Below are positions 27,690-42,696 of a stretch of 64,000 nucleotides of DNA, piece after piece. Position numbers and translations under genes: made by a program. The notes under the pieces are model-generated. The model did not search any database. It was not told the DNA's origin and was given only the letters and a program-made list of their open reading frames with translations. Numbering within the stretch: the stretch's first letter is position 1; the number at the start of each line of letters is the position of its first letter. The DNA comes from the human T2T-CHM13v2.0 reference genome, Homo sapiens: assembly GCF_009914755.1 (NCBI RefSeq), contig NC_060937.1; one strand, given 5' to 3'.

Positions 27690-28810
27690 ACCAAGAATGG
27701 AGAATGATAGACATTAATCAAATAATAAAACAGCAATTGTAAAATTAGGAGAAGAGGGCAAGGAAATAGTGTTCCAAGAAAAGAAAATAGCTTAAGTAAA
27801 GTTTCTTTGGTTACATGGAGACATGCTGTATTAGTCCATTCTCCCATTGCTATAAAGAGCTACCTGAGACTGGGTAATTTATAAAGAAAATAGGTTTTCG
27901 TTGACTTATAGTTCTGCAGTCTGTACAGGAAGCGTGGCAGGAAAGGCTTCAGGAAACGGCAGAAGGTGAAGCGAAAATTTACAATCATGGCTGGAGAAGG
28001 AGGAAGAGGGTGAAGGGGGAGGTGCCACACACTTTTAAACAACCAGATCTCATGAGAACTCATTCACTATCATGAGAACAGCCAGAAGGAAATCTGCCCC
28101 ATGATCCAGTCACCTCCAAGCAGACCCCTTCTCCAACACTGGGGATCATATTTCGAATTGAGATTTGGGTGAGGAAACAAATCTAAACCATATCACATGC
28201 TGAATATGAAGAAGGCCAGTGTGGCTGAAGTACAGAGAGTGAAGCCATTAGATAGACAATGCTAGAGAGAGAAGTAGGTCTTATAGAGCCTTTGGGCAAC
28301 ATTAAGAGAGTTTTTCTTTTATTTCAAGAGCAATAAAAACTTATTTAAAAGTTCTAAGACAGAAAGATAACATGGTAATTTGCATTAAAAAATTACATTG
28401 GCTGATGTGCAGAGACCAGCTGGAGTGGAGGTGGAGATAGTGTCTATCAGTAGAACAGTTCAGAGTTGGATAGTATAACTGATAAAAATGATGCTGGGTT
28501 ATACTAGATGGATATGAGGGATCAAATGAAGAAATACATAGAAGTATAACAGGGAAGAGATGGCGGATTGCATTTATTAAGGGTGAGGTGTGAGAATAGT
28601 GTGTTGAGAATGACTAGACAAGTGGGTGGTGCCATTTCCTGCAATAGGGAACTCTGGAAGAGATGGTTTGAGTTCTCTTTGAGATTTGTAATAGGAGATA
28701 TCAAGATAGTAGTTGGATGCATAGGACTGAAGCTGATAGAAAATATGAGCCATCTGTGTGTAGGGATGATAGAAATCATGGCATGAGTACAGTTTCTTGA
28801 AGGAAATGCT
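27690..28810 (-). mobile_element. L2 fragment interrupted by an MST LTR
   Basis: gaaggccagtgtggctgaagtacagagagtg, atttgcatt...cattggctg, gagttctctttgag: purine-rich L2 antisense pattern. Confidence 0.55.
27827..28195 (-). mobile_element. MaLR solo LTR (MSTA-like)
   Basis: tgtattagtcc...aaaccatatca with a perfect 5-bp TSD catgc on both sides. Confidence 0.93.
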
Positions 28811-29271
28811 TAAGCACAATAAGAAGAGTTTCTCCATCTATAAAATTGGGACAATAATATCACTTACTTCATAATGTTTATTTAGCATTTAACCTAGCGC
28901 CCCACACATATTAAACAATAAATGTTAGTTCTTCTTATTACTTCTATTGTTCCTATTACTGTGGTTTGTTGTTTCTAAGGGCTTAGACCAATATTTATAT
29001 TAACAAAACATAATAAAAGTTAAGCCAGAAAGTCAAATGGTGAGGATATTGTTTGCTGGAGATGCAGGAATGGGAGAGAGGGGTTCTGAAGTCAGCCACA
29101 ACCATTACAAAAAAACTCGGCAGAAGAATCAAATGCTTCCTTTTAAATAATATGCACACTCAAGCACAGGGAATGCTTGAAATATGAGTAAAGTGGAACA
29201 ATATTGTGCTTCAGAGAGCCTGTCAAAGTAGACCTTTGTGGTGAAGCTCTATTTAGACAGGAGACATATAA

Positions 29272-29470
29272 GAATGTTACAGTGGACTTGGGGGATTCAG
29301 GGGAAAGGGTGGAAGATGAGTGAGGGATAAAAGACTACACATTTGGTACAGTGTACACTGCTTGTCTGGTGGATGCACCAAAATATCAGAAATCACCACT
29401 AAAGAACTTATTCATGTAACCAAATACCACCTGTTTTCCCAAACTTATTGAAATAAAAAATGAAATTTAA
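29272..29470 (+). mobile_element. L1PB-like 3' end fragment
   Basis: gggataaaagactacac...tacagtgtacactgct...gaaatcaccactaaagaacttattcatgtaaccaaataccacctg plus A tail. Confidence 0.85.
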
Positions 29471-29481
29471 AAAAAAGATGC

Positions 29482-29790
<309 letters not shown>

Positions 29791-30114
29791 AGATGCATAG
29801 TGAAAACTGGCTAATGCATGCCCACACAGTACAAATCCAATCTTTCAGTCACATGGCCTGGTACCGGATGACCTTTCAGCATCTTCAATGAGTAGTGAGA
29901 ACACTGTTTCACCTACAACGTCAGCAGCCCATGTATGCCTGGCTCTCCCTTCATAAGGTTTGCTGGTATTTTTGGTCATTTGCCTTAGTCATAATTACAT
30001 GGTTTACCTTTCTGGTCTTCTCCAGTGACACTAAGTGACAGCATGAAGGAACAGCAACAGCAGAGGGGTGGATTTTTATCATGTGCTGTATACCTGACAT
30101 TTATTTATAAATTC

Positions 30115-30940
30115 AATATATATTCATTCATCAAACATTTATCAAGAGGCTGCTGTGCTTGACATTTTTCCAGATTCTAGCAATCCAGAAAACTGGCTCT
30201 CAGAAGCTTGTGTTCTAATGATAAGAGGCAGAAGTAATGAGGATTTTAAAAGGTAAGAGAATAAATGAGAGGAAAAATTAATTTTCCTTAATTATTAGTG
30301 CCAACAGATACTACAATTAGTAGATATAGTGAAAAAATTACTGGGATGACGGAAATGAAAGTTAGATACCTTGTATTGAATGATGTAAAGGAGCCACACT
30401 TGACATCTGAGGCCTAGCATTTCAGGAAGAATAAACATTAAATTCAAAAGCTATAAAGGCATAATTAATAGTGGGGCATTAGAAGAACAGAAGAGTGGTC
30501 AGTGTTGTTGATTCATGGGGTATCAGCAGAGAGTGGTAAGGGAGTAAGTGAAAGAGGCAGGCAAGGGTCATAGTGTATAGTCTTGTGCCCATGCTAAGGG
30601 CTTTGAATTTTCTTATATGTGTAATGGAAAGTCATGGAATAGTTTTTAGCAGGGGAAATACATGATCTGATTTATGTTTGTAACTATTACGCCAGGTGTG
30701 TTGTATTGAGCAGACAAGAGGGACCTAAGGGAGGCAATTTAGGATGCTGCTTGAGGAGAAAAATAAGGTTGTTTAGACCACAGAGGTAAAACTGAAGAGA
30801 GAGACAACTGAACATTAGATGCAAGACATACCTCTGTTACAATGAGTAAGGCCACTGAATTTGTGGACAATTTTGGAGTGGAAGACTTGCAAAACGTGAA
30901 GTTTATGATAACTAGCCATGTCAGTGCACAGGGATTGGCT
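30115..30940 (-). mobile_element. L2 fragment
   Basis: ttcattcatcaaacatttatc...catgatctgatttatgttt; boundaries approximate. Confidence 0.65.
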
Positions 30941-32889
30941 GGAAACAAGAAGTATGAGATAGCATATGTACCCTTAGCATTTAAAGAATCTTATATAGTT
31001 TTAGAATGTTTAAAAATGGTTATGATGGAGTTCCCAAGAATAAAGATTTTTAGGCATTTCTTCTATGTGACTGTAGAATTTGGTAGTCTAATTGTAGGCC
31101 TGCCTTTACTAAAAGTCAGAGTTTTTTTTTTTTTTTAAATCTTAAATCTGTTTTGATGTAGAAGAGGGATGCATGTAAAAAAAAAAAAAAGGCCTACATG
31201 TCACTCCTGCTAGAAGTGGTAATCTTCATTGGCCAAAAATATAGAAATATTGAAATATTTTTCATCTTGGAATATTTGATACAGTAAAAGGGCCAATATG
31301 GATTACCTGAGGGACAATTCCTGCTTTTGTGCTTCTTATTTTCCTTGATGGAAATGATTTAATGAAAAGAAATCCAGACTGAAAGTCAATTCACATGTTT
31401 TAGTTGGGCTGAGAATATGGCATGGGAGAAATTTTTCATTAATGAGCTATGTGATAAGCTGCCCTGAGTATGTCTCATTTCCCGATTTATAGAGAGTCAT
31501 GACGTTCCTTCCTCCTCCATGATTCAAAGATAATCATGCATATCATGTATAAGCCATTTAAGGGAAAAGCACATTTGAAATACAGTCCCTAATATTCTGA
31601 TCTTTAAATGTGAAATTGAACCACTAAGTGATTTAGAGACTTGCCCTAAGTATCATACGTGCTTAGTAGAATAAACTGATTTTATATATTGAATTCTTAG
31701 CTGAAAATCCCTCATTCATGCCAGCAGTCAAACTGCTTTTTCAAAATGCATGTTTTAATAACCAAATCTTAACACTCTATCTTTAAATATCAATGAGTGG
31801 AGGTTCAGGTACATTTCATATCTAAGAATGAATGTGATCATTCTTAAAGACTGGAACATTTGGGAAATATAAAGTAGTTAATAAAAATTAGACTATAATG
31901 TGTATGGTTTTCAAAAGATTCATCTTTTCAGATCCTTTAAGTATGTATAAAATTGATTGTGAATAATTTTTCATTACTAGATTTACAAACTTTTGTTTAA
32001 TTTCCAAATAGCCTGCAGATAAAATGTCACAAAACAGTAAAATGGTTAAGAATACATAAGAATTGCTTAAGTGCAATGACTGATCTTTCTTATTAGTGCA
32101 TAAGTCATTAAAATGGCATGCAACCATCATACACATACACACGAGTTCAAACCTCTAGGACTGGTATTTGGTATAATTCGATTCTCATATTATTATGAGG
32201 GGTATATTAAATGACCAGTTTTAATACATGGTGCACTTTGAATTGGTTGTCATGCTTCCCCATAGTGATGTATTTGGTTATACTGCGGTGGTTGTTTACA
32301 TGAATGTTATTGATGTTTAAAGCAACTTGGCTCACAGGCTCTTTTAATAACTCCTGCTGAAGAAGAGGTAATAATACTGGACAATACTGTCATCTGTCAT
32401 GCAATACTTCAGAATGTTCCCATTAAGAGACAACCACTCAGCAGTTTTTCCAAGTGTTACCTATCAGCTACAAATACCTCCTTATTTTCAGTTTTGCTCT
32501 GTGTCAACATAAATTAACAGTGGTTTTACAAGTTAATTTCTTTTACTATCTGATGCTTTCTCTGAGAGCGTGTAATGAATTCATGAACAGGAGTGACATA
32601 TCTCTCATATCTATAACAGCACTTTTACTTAACATATTTGTTTTGTCAGTTAGCAAGACATAAAATGATCTAACAAAAACCCAAGTAAAATCATATAGGA
32701 TACCTGCCCCCATGCATCAGTACCATGTAGAATATTGAGTTACAAGGACATGTAAATTGATGTAGTAGATAGAGGGCAATGCTGAGGAGAGAGTCCTTTA
32801 CCATATAAAGATCCTCGTAAATATCATGTCTAACTCCTGTTAGCAGTAGGACCATGAACACACAATGAAAACTCTTCAATTCTCAATCT

Positions 32890-33010
32890 TCATCTTTAAA
32901 CTGGGGATGATAGAGGTAACTATTTCAGAAGATATACTACAGATAATATCCTTAATATATGCCTGGCAAATATTAAGCACCTGATACATTTTAGATACTG
33001 TTATTAAGGT
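32890..33010 (+). mobile_element. MIR fragment
   Basis: catctttaaactggggatgata...tgcctggcaaatattaagcac. Confidence 0.55.
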
Positions 33011-33091
33011 TAATATTGTAATTTTTAATATTAGAAATAATAGAAAATTAATAACATTTATATTTCTGGTAAGGTTTTTTGGTGGGGAAAA

Positions 33092-33333
33092 CAGGCTGGA
33101 GTGCAGTGGTAGGATCACGGCTCACAGTAGCTCTGATGTCTCCGGCTTAGATGATCCTCCCACTTCAGCCTCCTGAGTAGCTAGGACTACAGGCTTGTGC
33201 CACCATGCCCTGCTAATTTTTGTATTTTTTTGTAAATATGGGGTTCCACCATGTTGCTCCCACTTGTGCTGAACTCCTAGCTCCAGTGATGGGCTGATCT
33301 TGGTGGATTGCCTGGGATTACAGGCGCCTGGCC
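33092..33333 (-). mobile_element. AluJ, degraded
   Basis: caggctggagtgcagtggtaggatcacggctcac...gatcctcccacttcagcctcc; tail missing and left arm scrambled. Confidence 0.85.
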
Positions 33334-33337
33334 TATT

Positions 33338-33807
33338 TGTGGTAGTTTTAAGCATATCAGCTAATTTTTTGACACTTCCCCTATCAAAAGGTAGAATTTA
33401 ATCCTCCTCTCATTCAATATGGGCTACCTTAATAACTTTCTTTCTAACAAATAAAATGTTGCAGCTGTCAACATTTTAGCTGTTGATGTGTCAATGTGCC
33501 TGCATTGCCCATAGAATTCCCTTCTGGCTTTCTCTCTAGTGGAACACACACATTTGGCACTCTGCACAGCCATGTAGCTACTTTGCTGTGGAAACTACAC
33601 AGAGCCAGAGAGATGATCAAGAAGTACAGCTGTTCCATCTTCCAGCTGTTTGATGATTGCAGTATATAGCAGTACCCACTGCCAGCTACATGATACCAGC
33701 CTCAGTAATGTCTGACTGTCACTGTATGAGAGCTCCTGAGCACAATGCTATTGTTTCCATCCACTATTTGGGAACAGCTTTTAAGGCAGCAGTTGATTAT
33801 CAGAACA
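33338..33807 (+). mobile_element. MaLR solo LTR (MLT1G/H-like)
   Basis: tgtggtag...tttgacacttcccctatc...aggcagcagttgattatcagaaca. Confidence 0.7.
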
Positions 33808-36199
33808 CTATTACTAGTTTATCTCATTCTGTTTTTCTGCCTTTGACATCTCTTCCTCTCAACATCTCAGTAGTTAATTTTTCTTTTCATGAACAGAATA
33901 AGAATATTTATATTTAAACCATGGTATTGAATTACTTAGAGGTCTGTATTTAAGACATATGGAGAGTAAAAGATGGAAGACTATTGTCCAGGCCACAGGT
34001 GTCCATAAAGTTAAGTTGTCTTTTATGCAAGAGAACACAGTTTAGTCTCTGTGGGCACATATAGAGGCATTAGTCAGCCGCACTATGCCATGTTTCTTAG
34101 ACTGCAGAGCCAGTAAAAGGGGATGGATTTAGGAACTTTGGCAACACAGTTGCCATCTTCACAGACATCACATAGCAGTTATGAAGCACCACTCTCCTCA
34201 AAGTGCTCCACAAATGCGCATGTGGATATCCCAGATGTCACAAGGTTCATGCATAATGGAAAGAACCATCCAGCAATTATCCACTCTGAGAGACTGGGTT
34301 AAATCATCTACGTCACATAATCTTAGAATATTAGACTTGACATGGACACTTTAGACTCCATTACAAAATTTCCCCAAGGAAACATTGGGACAAAAATAAC
34401 CCAGACAAGCAAGCCCAGTCACCCCTCAAACCATTATCAATTTATTCTGAATTTCATTGCTAGTATTTAGTTAATTTATTAATTAAATGATGTAGCACAT
34501 TGATGAATTTGTTCTATTTGTTTCACAGAACAATTATTAAACATTTCACTGAGACCACATTAAAAGGTGATACTTATTTTGCAGTTTTGCTTCAGGAAAT
34601 TTCATGTGAAAGAACTTTTCATGGCTTTTCTCACTTCATAATTTAAATTAAACACTTCTCTGTCTCCAAATTGAGTCCAATTACAGAGTCATTATAGGCT
34701 TGCAAAATTGTTAGTTTGTGGCAGAAATTTAAGCTTGCTATAGATCCATTCTCAAGGTCCTGCACTCTTCCCCAATAAGACTGCAATTTTATGTATACAG
34801 AAAAGGTGAGACCCTCTCAAACTCAGGAGAAAGGTCAGTCTCCCATGGGAAACTTGGAGTTAATCTGCATTAAAGAGACGTTAGTTTGTAAGAGTAAACC
34901 TTTATATTGAACTTTTTTTTTTTTTTACCTAATTTCTCAGTATCACTACAACTTTCATCAACCAGTCATCAACATTGAAACCGTAAGCATTGCCCTCCGT
35001 TCCTGTTTCGTCAATCTGTTTCCCTGGTATGACTCTAATGTATGAGACCTCCAAGGTTCAACTGTTTGTGGATGGGAAGAGAAAAAGCAGATTTTTGTCT
35101 GCTCCCAGTGTTCTCTGAAATATGTGACAAGCCCTGCAGGAGATAACATTTTGGATGCCAAACTCTCATTACCACATTAATTGCCTCTGTCATGACAGTT
35201 TGGGCCGGAGCAAATGGCTGGGAACCTGCTGTGCTCCTCAAGAGAGCAACACAGGCCAAGGGAAAGTGGGTCTGAAGTTTCCCAAGCAGTCGGCTGAAAG
35301 GTGCTGTTATCAGAGCATAGTCTGGATTTGTCTTTACGTCTTGAGTCACTGTTAAATTGGTGGGGGAGTGGCTCTCAAAAATCTTTGTTCCTAAAACTTA
35401 TGAAAGATATTCATGTAAACAAGTAAAAATCGGGTTAAATTCTGTTTTATCAGCAGGACATTTTCACCATAAGTGATTGTCCAATTGACTGTCAAAGCAA
35501 CAAAAGGTGAAGGAGGTGAGTGTATAGTCTAAAGATAAAAGCTCCAAATGGGCTTTCAGTGTCCCTTCATCTCCAAGCTGAATGAACAGGATGTAATCAC
35601 AGCAGCGCATGAGAGGGCAATTTGAACAGAGTGGATACTAAGTAACATTTGAAGTCAAAGCAAAATCAAAAGAAAATTCTCTTAATACTCCCTCCTCCCA
35701 ATATAATTAACGTTAAAGTATTCTTTTTAATTAACATAATTAGAGGCTTAATTATTGAAAGTCGGGTTAAAGATGAAAAGTATCATATAATTAAAATAAT
35801 TATTTTTCTTTAACCTCCAAAGGAAAACAAAGCAGTTTTTCTCTCATAGTCATTTAAACTTCAGTAATATTTCTTATATAAAAGTAGTTATAAGATTTAA
35901 TACAGACATTGGTAAAGGAGTGGGGTGAATAGAGTTTGTGAAGACTCTTACTGTACACAACGAGAAGATGTTTTTAATCTCTCTTTGGTCACAAAGGAGT
36001 TCAATAATTTAGGTTTTAATGATAGTACTATTGTCATGCACAGAACATGTCAAAATAAATTGGTACAATCTTTTCATAAAGAGATTTAAAAATAAAGGTT
36101 CTAAAAAATTCAAAATACAGAATAAAAACTATGAACATACATGCATCACAGCCTTACTCGTAATATAGAAATTCTGGTAAAAAATATTGCACATTATTG

Positions 36200-36940
<741 letters not shown>

Positions 36941-37095
36941 AAAACCTGGTTGTGCCTTCACTCCTATACTAAAAGCAAGAAAGGGTAAATATACCGACGA
37001 TAGGTGTCAATGTCATCGAGTCTAACAATAGAGAGGTATAGAGGCATGTCGATATATTTTGAAGTATCTTTTTTGATGGAATAGTGTAACATCAG

Positions 37096-37469
37096 TGATA
37101 TGGTTTGGCTGTTTTCTCACCCAAATCTCACATCAAATTGTAATCCTCACAATCCCCACATGTCAAGGGCATGACCAGGTAGAGGTAATCGGATCATGGG
37201 GGCAGTTTCCCTTATGCAGTTCTCTCATGATAGTGATTGAGTTCTCATGAAATCTGATGGTTTTCTAAGTGTGTGGTAGTTCCTCCTGCATTCACTCCTC
37301 CTTCCTGCCGCCTTGTGAAGAAGGTGCCTTGCTTCCCCTTTGCCTTCTACCAAGACTGTAACTTTCCTGAGGCCTCCCCAGCCATGCTTAACTATGAGTC
37401 AATTAAACCCCTTTCCTTTATAAATTACCCAGTCTTGGGCAGTTCTTTATAGCAGTATGGACTAATACA
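37096..37469 (+). mobile_element. THE1 solo LTR (THE1D-like)
   Basis: tgatatggtttggctg...ggactaataca with a perfect 5-bp TSD atcag. Confidence 0.93.
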
Positions 37470-37524
37470 ATCAGTGATCAATTTTACCAAAAATTTGCAA
37501 CACAAAAAACATGTCATTCTTCTA

Positions 37525-37526
<2 letters not shown>

Positions 37527-37559
<33 letters not shown>
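37527..37559. repeat. (CA)n microsatellite
   Basis: About 16 uninterrupted AC units. Confidence 0.97.
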
Positions 37560-37560
<1 letters not shown>

Positions 37561-37615
37561 CTATATGACCATGCACATATATCTATATGAACACACGTGC
37601 ATATGCATATCTCTC

Positions 37616-38058
37616 TGTGATGATTAATCTTATGTGTCAACTTGGCTAGGCCATTGTACCAAGATAGTTTGGCAAATACTACTCTGATATTGCTGTGAAA
37701 GTTTTCTTTTTAGAAATTAAAATTTAAATCATTAGACTGACTAAAGATAATTATCCTCCATAAAATGGGTGGGTCTCATTCAATCTCTTAAGAGAAAAGA
37801 AACTAATGTCTTCCAACCTAGAGGGAATTCTGCCTCAGACTGTTCTCTGACTCAAGCTACTATACCTGTCTTTTCCTGGTTTTCCAACCTGCCTGCCTAC
37901 CCTGCAGACTTTGGACTTGCCAGCCTCAAAAACTGTATGAGCCAATTTCTTAAAATAAATTCGACCTCTATCTCTGTCTCTTTCTAGTGTGTGTGTGTGT
38001 GTGTGTGTGTGTATACACATATTCTACTAGTTCTGTTTCTCTGGAAAACCCTAATACA
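37616..38058 (+). mobile_element. ERVL solo LTR (MLT2D-like) with internal (GT)n
   Basis: tgtgatgattaatcttatgtgtcaacttggctaggcc...ttctgtttctctggaaaaccctaataca; (GT)n at about 37988-38012. Confidence 0.85.
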
Positions 38059-38169
38059 CTATACACACATATAAATTATATATTAAATATTATAATATAG
38101 CCTAAGAAATTTTAAAGAAAGCACAGTCCTAATTTTAGAATATTGAAGTTGATATATATTAATCAGATA

Positions 38170-39900
38170 TCTTTGTAGATTATGTTGTTAACATTTTATG
38201 TATTTGGGCTTAACAGGTCTCAATTTATTCTGAATTTAGAGATTTACTAAAGCCTCATTAAAAATTTTTTTTCCTCTATCTCCTGCATTTTTTGTGTAAC
38301 CAAATTACAGCTAGGCTATGTGATACATAGATTTTTTCATAATTGTTATCTTCATTGTATATTATAAATTACAGTTATTTGTCTGTTTTATTGTTTTTAG
38401 CTGAAAGCATGTACTTGGAATAACTTTACTCAATCTTTTGTTTTTAAAATTTAAATGACATTGTTTTGAATGAATCATTTTAATTCTTTTATAGGTTTAG
38501 ATTTTGCTTTGTAATAAAATCTGAAAATCAATATAATTCCTCTGTTGTCTGTTTTCTCCATTTGCCATTTTTTCTAATATTTACAAAATTTCAATTATTG
38601 TTCTAGAGATTATATAATGACTTCATAAAATACTTTTAGTTCTTTGTTTGTGTATAGAGTATGAGTTTTCTACTATGAAAAAATAACAAAATTATTTCCT
38701 TTTCCTCCCATATCCCATACCTGTCTTCTACTGACAGAATTAGTCTATGGTATAGTTTTCTTACTGTTTAATCTTGTGCAGTTAAATATACTTATACTTC
38801 TATCAATTCATTTGTCAGTTTTATGTTATAATGTTTAATTCCGTGGGGCAATATGTAAGTTCTCAACTTTTCCTCTCATCCGTTTCTAGCATTTTTTGGT
38901 TCTTTAATTATGTTCAGACCTCATTTTGCCACTCTGGTCTACATTTTTCTTTAGAACTTAGTTTTACAGTTGATTGTATTTGATGCTTGTTATTGTGGCT
39001 TTGGCTAAATTTTCAACCACCAACTCTTGGCAGGCTGTATTCATTTTCTATTAGATTCCTCAAGAGATTCTTGGGAAAAACTATTTGTCTGTAGCTTCTA
39101 TAACTGAAAGATCTTGGCTGGATATAAAATCTTTGGCTCGACCTTTATCTTCTTAAGAACATTTTAAGCCCAGTGTCTTCTGGAGTTGAATAATGGAGTA
39201 GAGTAGCCTAAGGAAATGTTCATTTTATTTTATGCTTTTCCTTACAAATAACTTGGATTTTTGCTTTGCTGCCAAACTATTTATTTTTTATTTTTAAATT
39301 TCAATAACTTTACTAGGTTATATCCCAATATTGAGCATTTTATTTCATTTTTCCTGGCACACAACACAACTTTCAACATGTAGATTCAAGGCTGCTTGTT
39401 ATAGTTTAAAATATTTATTCTGTCCCATTGCTGTGAAACATTCTCCTTTGGATATCTTCTAAATCTATCATTTTCTTCCTACCACTTTCTCCACTCCTTG
39501 ATTATCTCTGTGTGTGTGGTGGTGGGGTATTTTCATATAATTCTTCATTTATATCCTTCATATTTCTTACTGTTTCCACATGGTATCTTTTCTTGTGCTT
39601 CACTCAATTTCATCTTAAATTCTAAAACTGTTTTTCTTCATTTTTTTCATGAATTTTGCTAATTCACGATTTTGCCAGTTCACATATTCTTCTCTTATTC
39701 TCAACCCTATTCCCTGAATTCTTATATTTTTGTCTGTGTTATTTACATGCAAAGTTTGTTAAAATATTGTTTTAATCTTCAACAACTTTATGACCCTTCA
39801 CCACAATGTTGTTAATAGTATTGTTGTGCCGGATCCCTTTTAATGACTTATCATTCAGAGTTGGGCTTTTCAGAACCAGTTGCACTATTGGTCTATTTTT
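38170..39900 (-). mobile_element. Ancient L1M-like degenerate region
   Basis: T-rich strand bias; ttggctggatataaaatctttggctc motif; very diverged, boundaries approximate. Confidence 0.5.
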
Positions 39901-41193
39901 ATTTTTATTTTAGGGTGGTGGCATATGATGGCATCCAAGATTGCCCTCCAGGCTTCCTAACTCAAAGACTATCTCTTCTCTTGCCTAGATGACCAAATAT
40001 TTTATTAAAATTTAGTGCCTTTATGGGTTTTCCTTTTGTCTTTCTGAAGACAATTAGGTTCAGGATGGCTTCTGTTCCTAATACCTTGTGCCACCATGAT
40101 TACTAACACCATTGACTACTATAGCCAATCTTTGTTTGGCTCCAAGGTAAGTAAATTATGTGTGCTTAAGACATGTAATTTTGCTACAACCCCTGAGATT
40201 TGCTACCTAGGTCCCACCCTCACCCAACTTCCTTCACTGGGACCCTACCAAAAACATAATTTACATGTCTTCACGCTCAGTCGTTCCTGGGTGAGGGCTT
40301 TGCCTAATCTACTCTGTTACAATTCAGTTCTCCAGCATGTGCAATTCGGAATGGATAATTGATCTTTGAGAAGACATTCTTGTAGGCTCTTTCTGGGATC
40401 TGCTGCTCGTTGGTCCCTCAGTGAGCTACTGTAAAAATGCCTACCATTTCCTGTGTGATGTGCTCTGCACCAAAGCTACCTGTATGACATTGATCATTAA
40501 CACGTTGCTTGTCTTATGTTGGCCCTGATGAACTTTTTGTGTCTTATTGCTTCAATAAAAGGGTAGTTTGCTTTTTTCTCCCTTTATGCAGAAGGCTTCT
40601 CAGGTGGTGAACAACAGAGAATCATATCTAAGATGCTATCACGTTTATATTTGCACCATTTCAATTTCAATAAGAAAATAAAATTCACAGTGAGTAAATT
40701 ACATGCTAGTATTCCCCTGCCAAGTACGAACAGAGGAGGTACTAGAATTCAGGTTCTTCAATTGCAGTCTAACCCTCCTTTGCCACACATGCTTCCTTTA
40801 TCCCCTCTGGTACCTATACACAACTAGGGATCATTTATGTTTTGCTATTTATACTTAATCTGATGGTAATACAATTTTTATTGACATTACACAAATATTA
40901 ATTTTTTACAATTATGGTTGTTTAAAAATTACTTAAATTTAATTGTTTCTTTGTTATGTCTTGTGCTGGTGGTCAGAGCTAGTACACATGAGGGAAGCCA
41001 TACTGTTTATTGTTTGTACATTGTGCTTGCTCTGCTGTAGCAATTATTAACTATTTGAATATTGTGTCTGGTTTACTTTACACCAATGGACAATTAATGC
41101 AATTTGAGTGCAGTTAGGGGTTAGCAATACAAATGCTTTGTATCAGGTCTGGATTATATGTATATTTTTATATATAATTGGTATATATGCTTA

Positions 41194-41609
41194 TGTCTTA
41201 TCTATTTGAACTGCTTTAAAGGAATACCTGAGACTGGGTAATTTACAAAGAAAAGAGGTTTATTTGGTCTCATGGCTCTGCACTAAGTATAAGAAGCATA
41301 GAACCAGCATCTGCTTCTGGTCAGAGCTTCAGGGAGTTTCCACTCGTGGTTGAAGGCAATGGGAACAGGCATTACATGGTGAGAGGAAGGAAGGAAGAGA
41401 GAGGGGGTAAGGAGTGCTATGTTCTTTTGAACAGTCAGCTCTCTTGTGAACTAATAGACTGAGAACTCATTACTACAGAGAAGGCAGCAAGCCATTCATG
41501 AGGGATCCACCCACATGACCTGAACATGTTCCATTAGACCTCTCCTCCAACATTGGGTATCAAATTTCAACTTGAGATTTGAAGGGGGATATGTATCCAA
41601 ACTATAGCA
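41194..41609 (-). mobile_element. MaLR solo LTR (MSTB-like)
   Basis: aaggaatacctgagactgggtaattt...atccaaactatagca; TSD gctta/gcata. Confidence 0.9.
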
Positions 41610-42309
41610 GCATATTTCTATAATTTTATATAACTAATATCATTTAAATTTACTTCTTCAGTTGAGAAAGAAGAAAAGAAAGAGATCAGTGAGATGGAAC
41701 CACTGAGGTGGCCAGCAAATTAGGGAAGCCCTTAAGTCACATAAATTATTATTTTTATTTCCTACTTTCAAACCAACTCAGAGTTATGGGAAATAAAGGA
41801 AAACAAAAAGTTATAGCATACAGGCAAATTCCCCATCAGATGATATTATCTGGTACTACAAGGAGCTTTTACAGATGAAGAAAATGCCACAATCATTTTA
41901 TAATCAGCATTCTAAACACACATTTGCCCTAAATATTGTAGAAGACACCTCACAGCCATTTTTAACTTCAGAGGTTCGTCTTGTTCAGAGAAATAATTTC
42001 CAAACCTCTAAGACCATAAAGTGAAAGAGATACAAATGATCATGTGGTCGAATTCACTTACCCTGTGGTTTTTCTGCAACAGTTTAGCCTACTAGATTTT
42101 TCATTGTTTAAGCCAGTTCAGTCTGAGACTGCAGCAATTCCCATTCACCACCCAATGTCTATCAGTGAGTAGAAATCTACGTGCTCAGCTTCAAAAAAAT
42201 CTAGTGCTCTAATGACTGTGTGGCAGAAGGTACATGATAAGATTACTGAGGAGTTCACCCCTTGGTCTGTTTTTCTCCTGGGTTTTTCTTTCCCAATAAT
42301 GAGGTCTGA

Positions 42310-42696
<387 letters not shown>

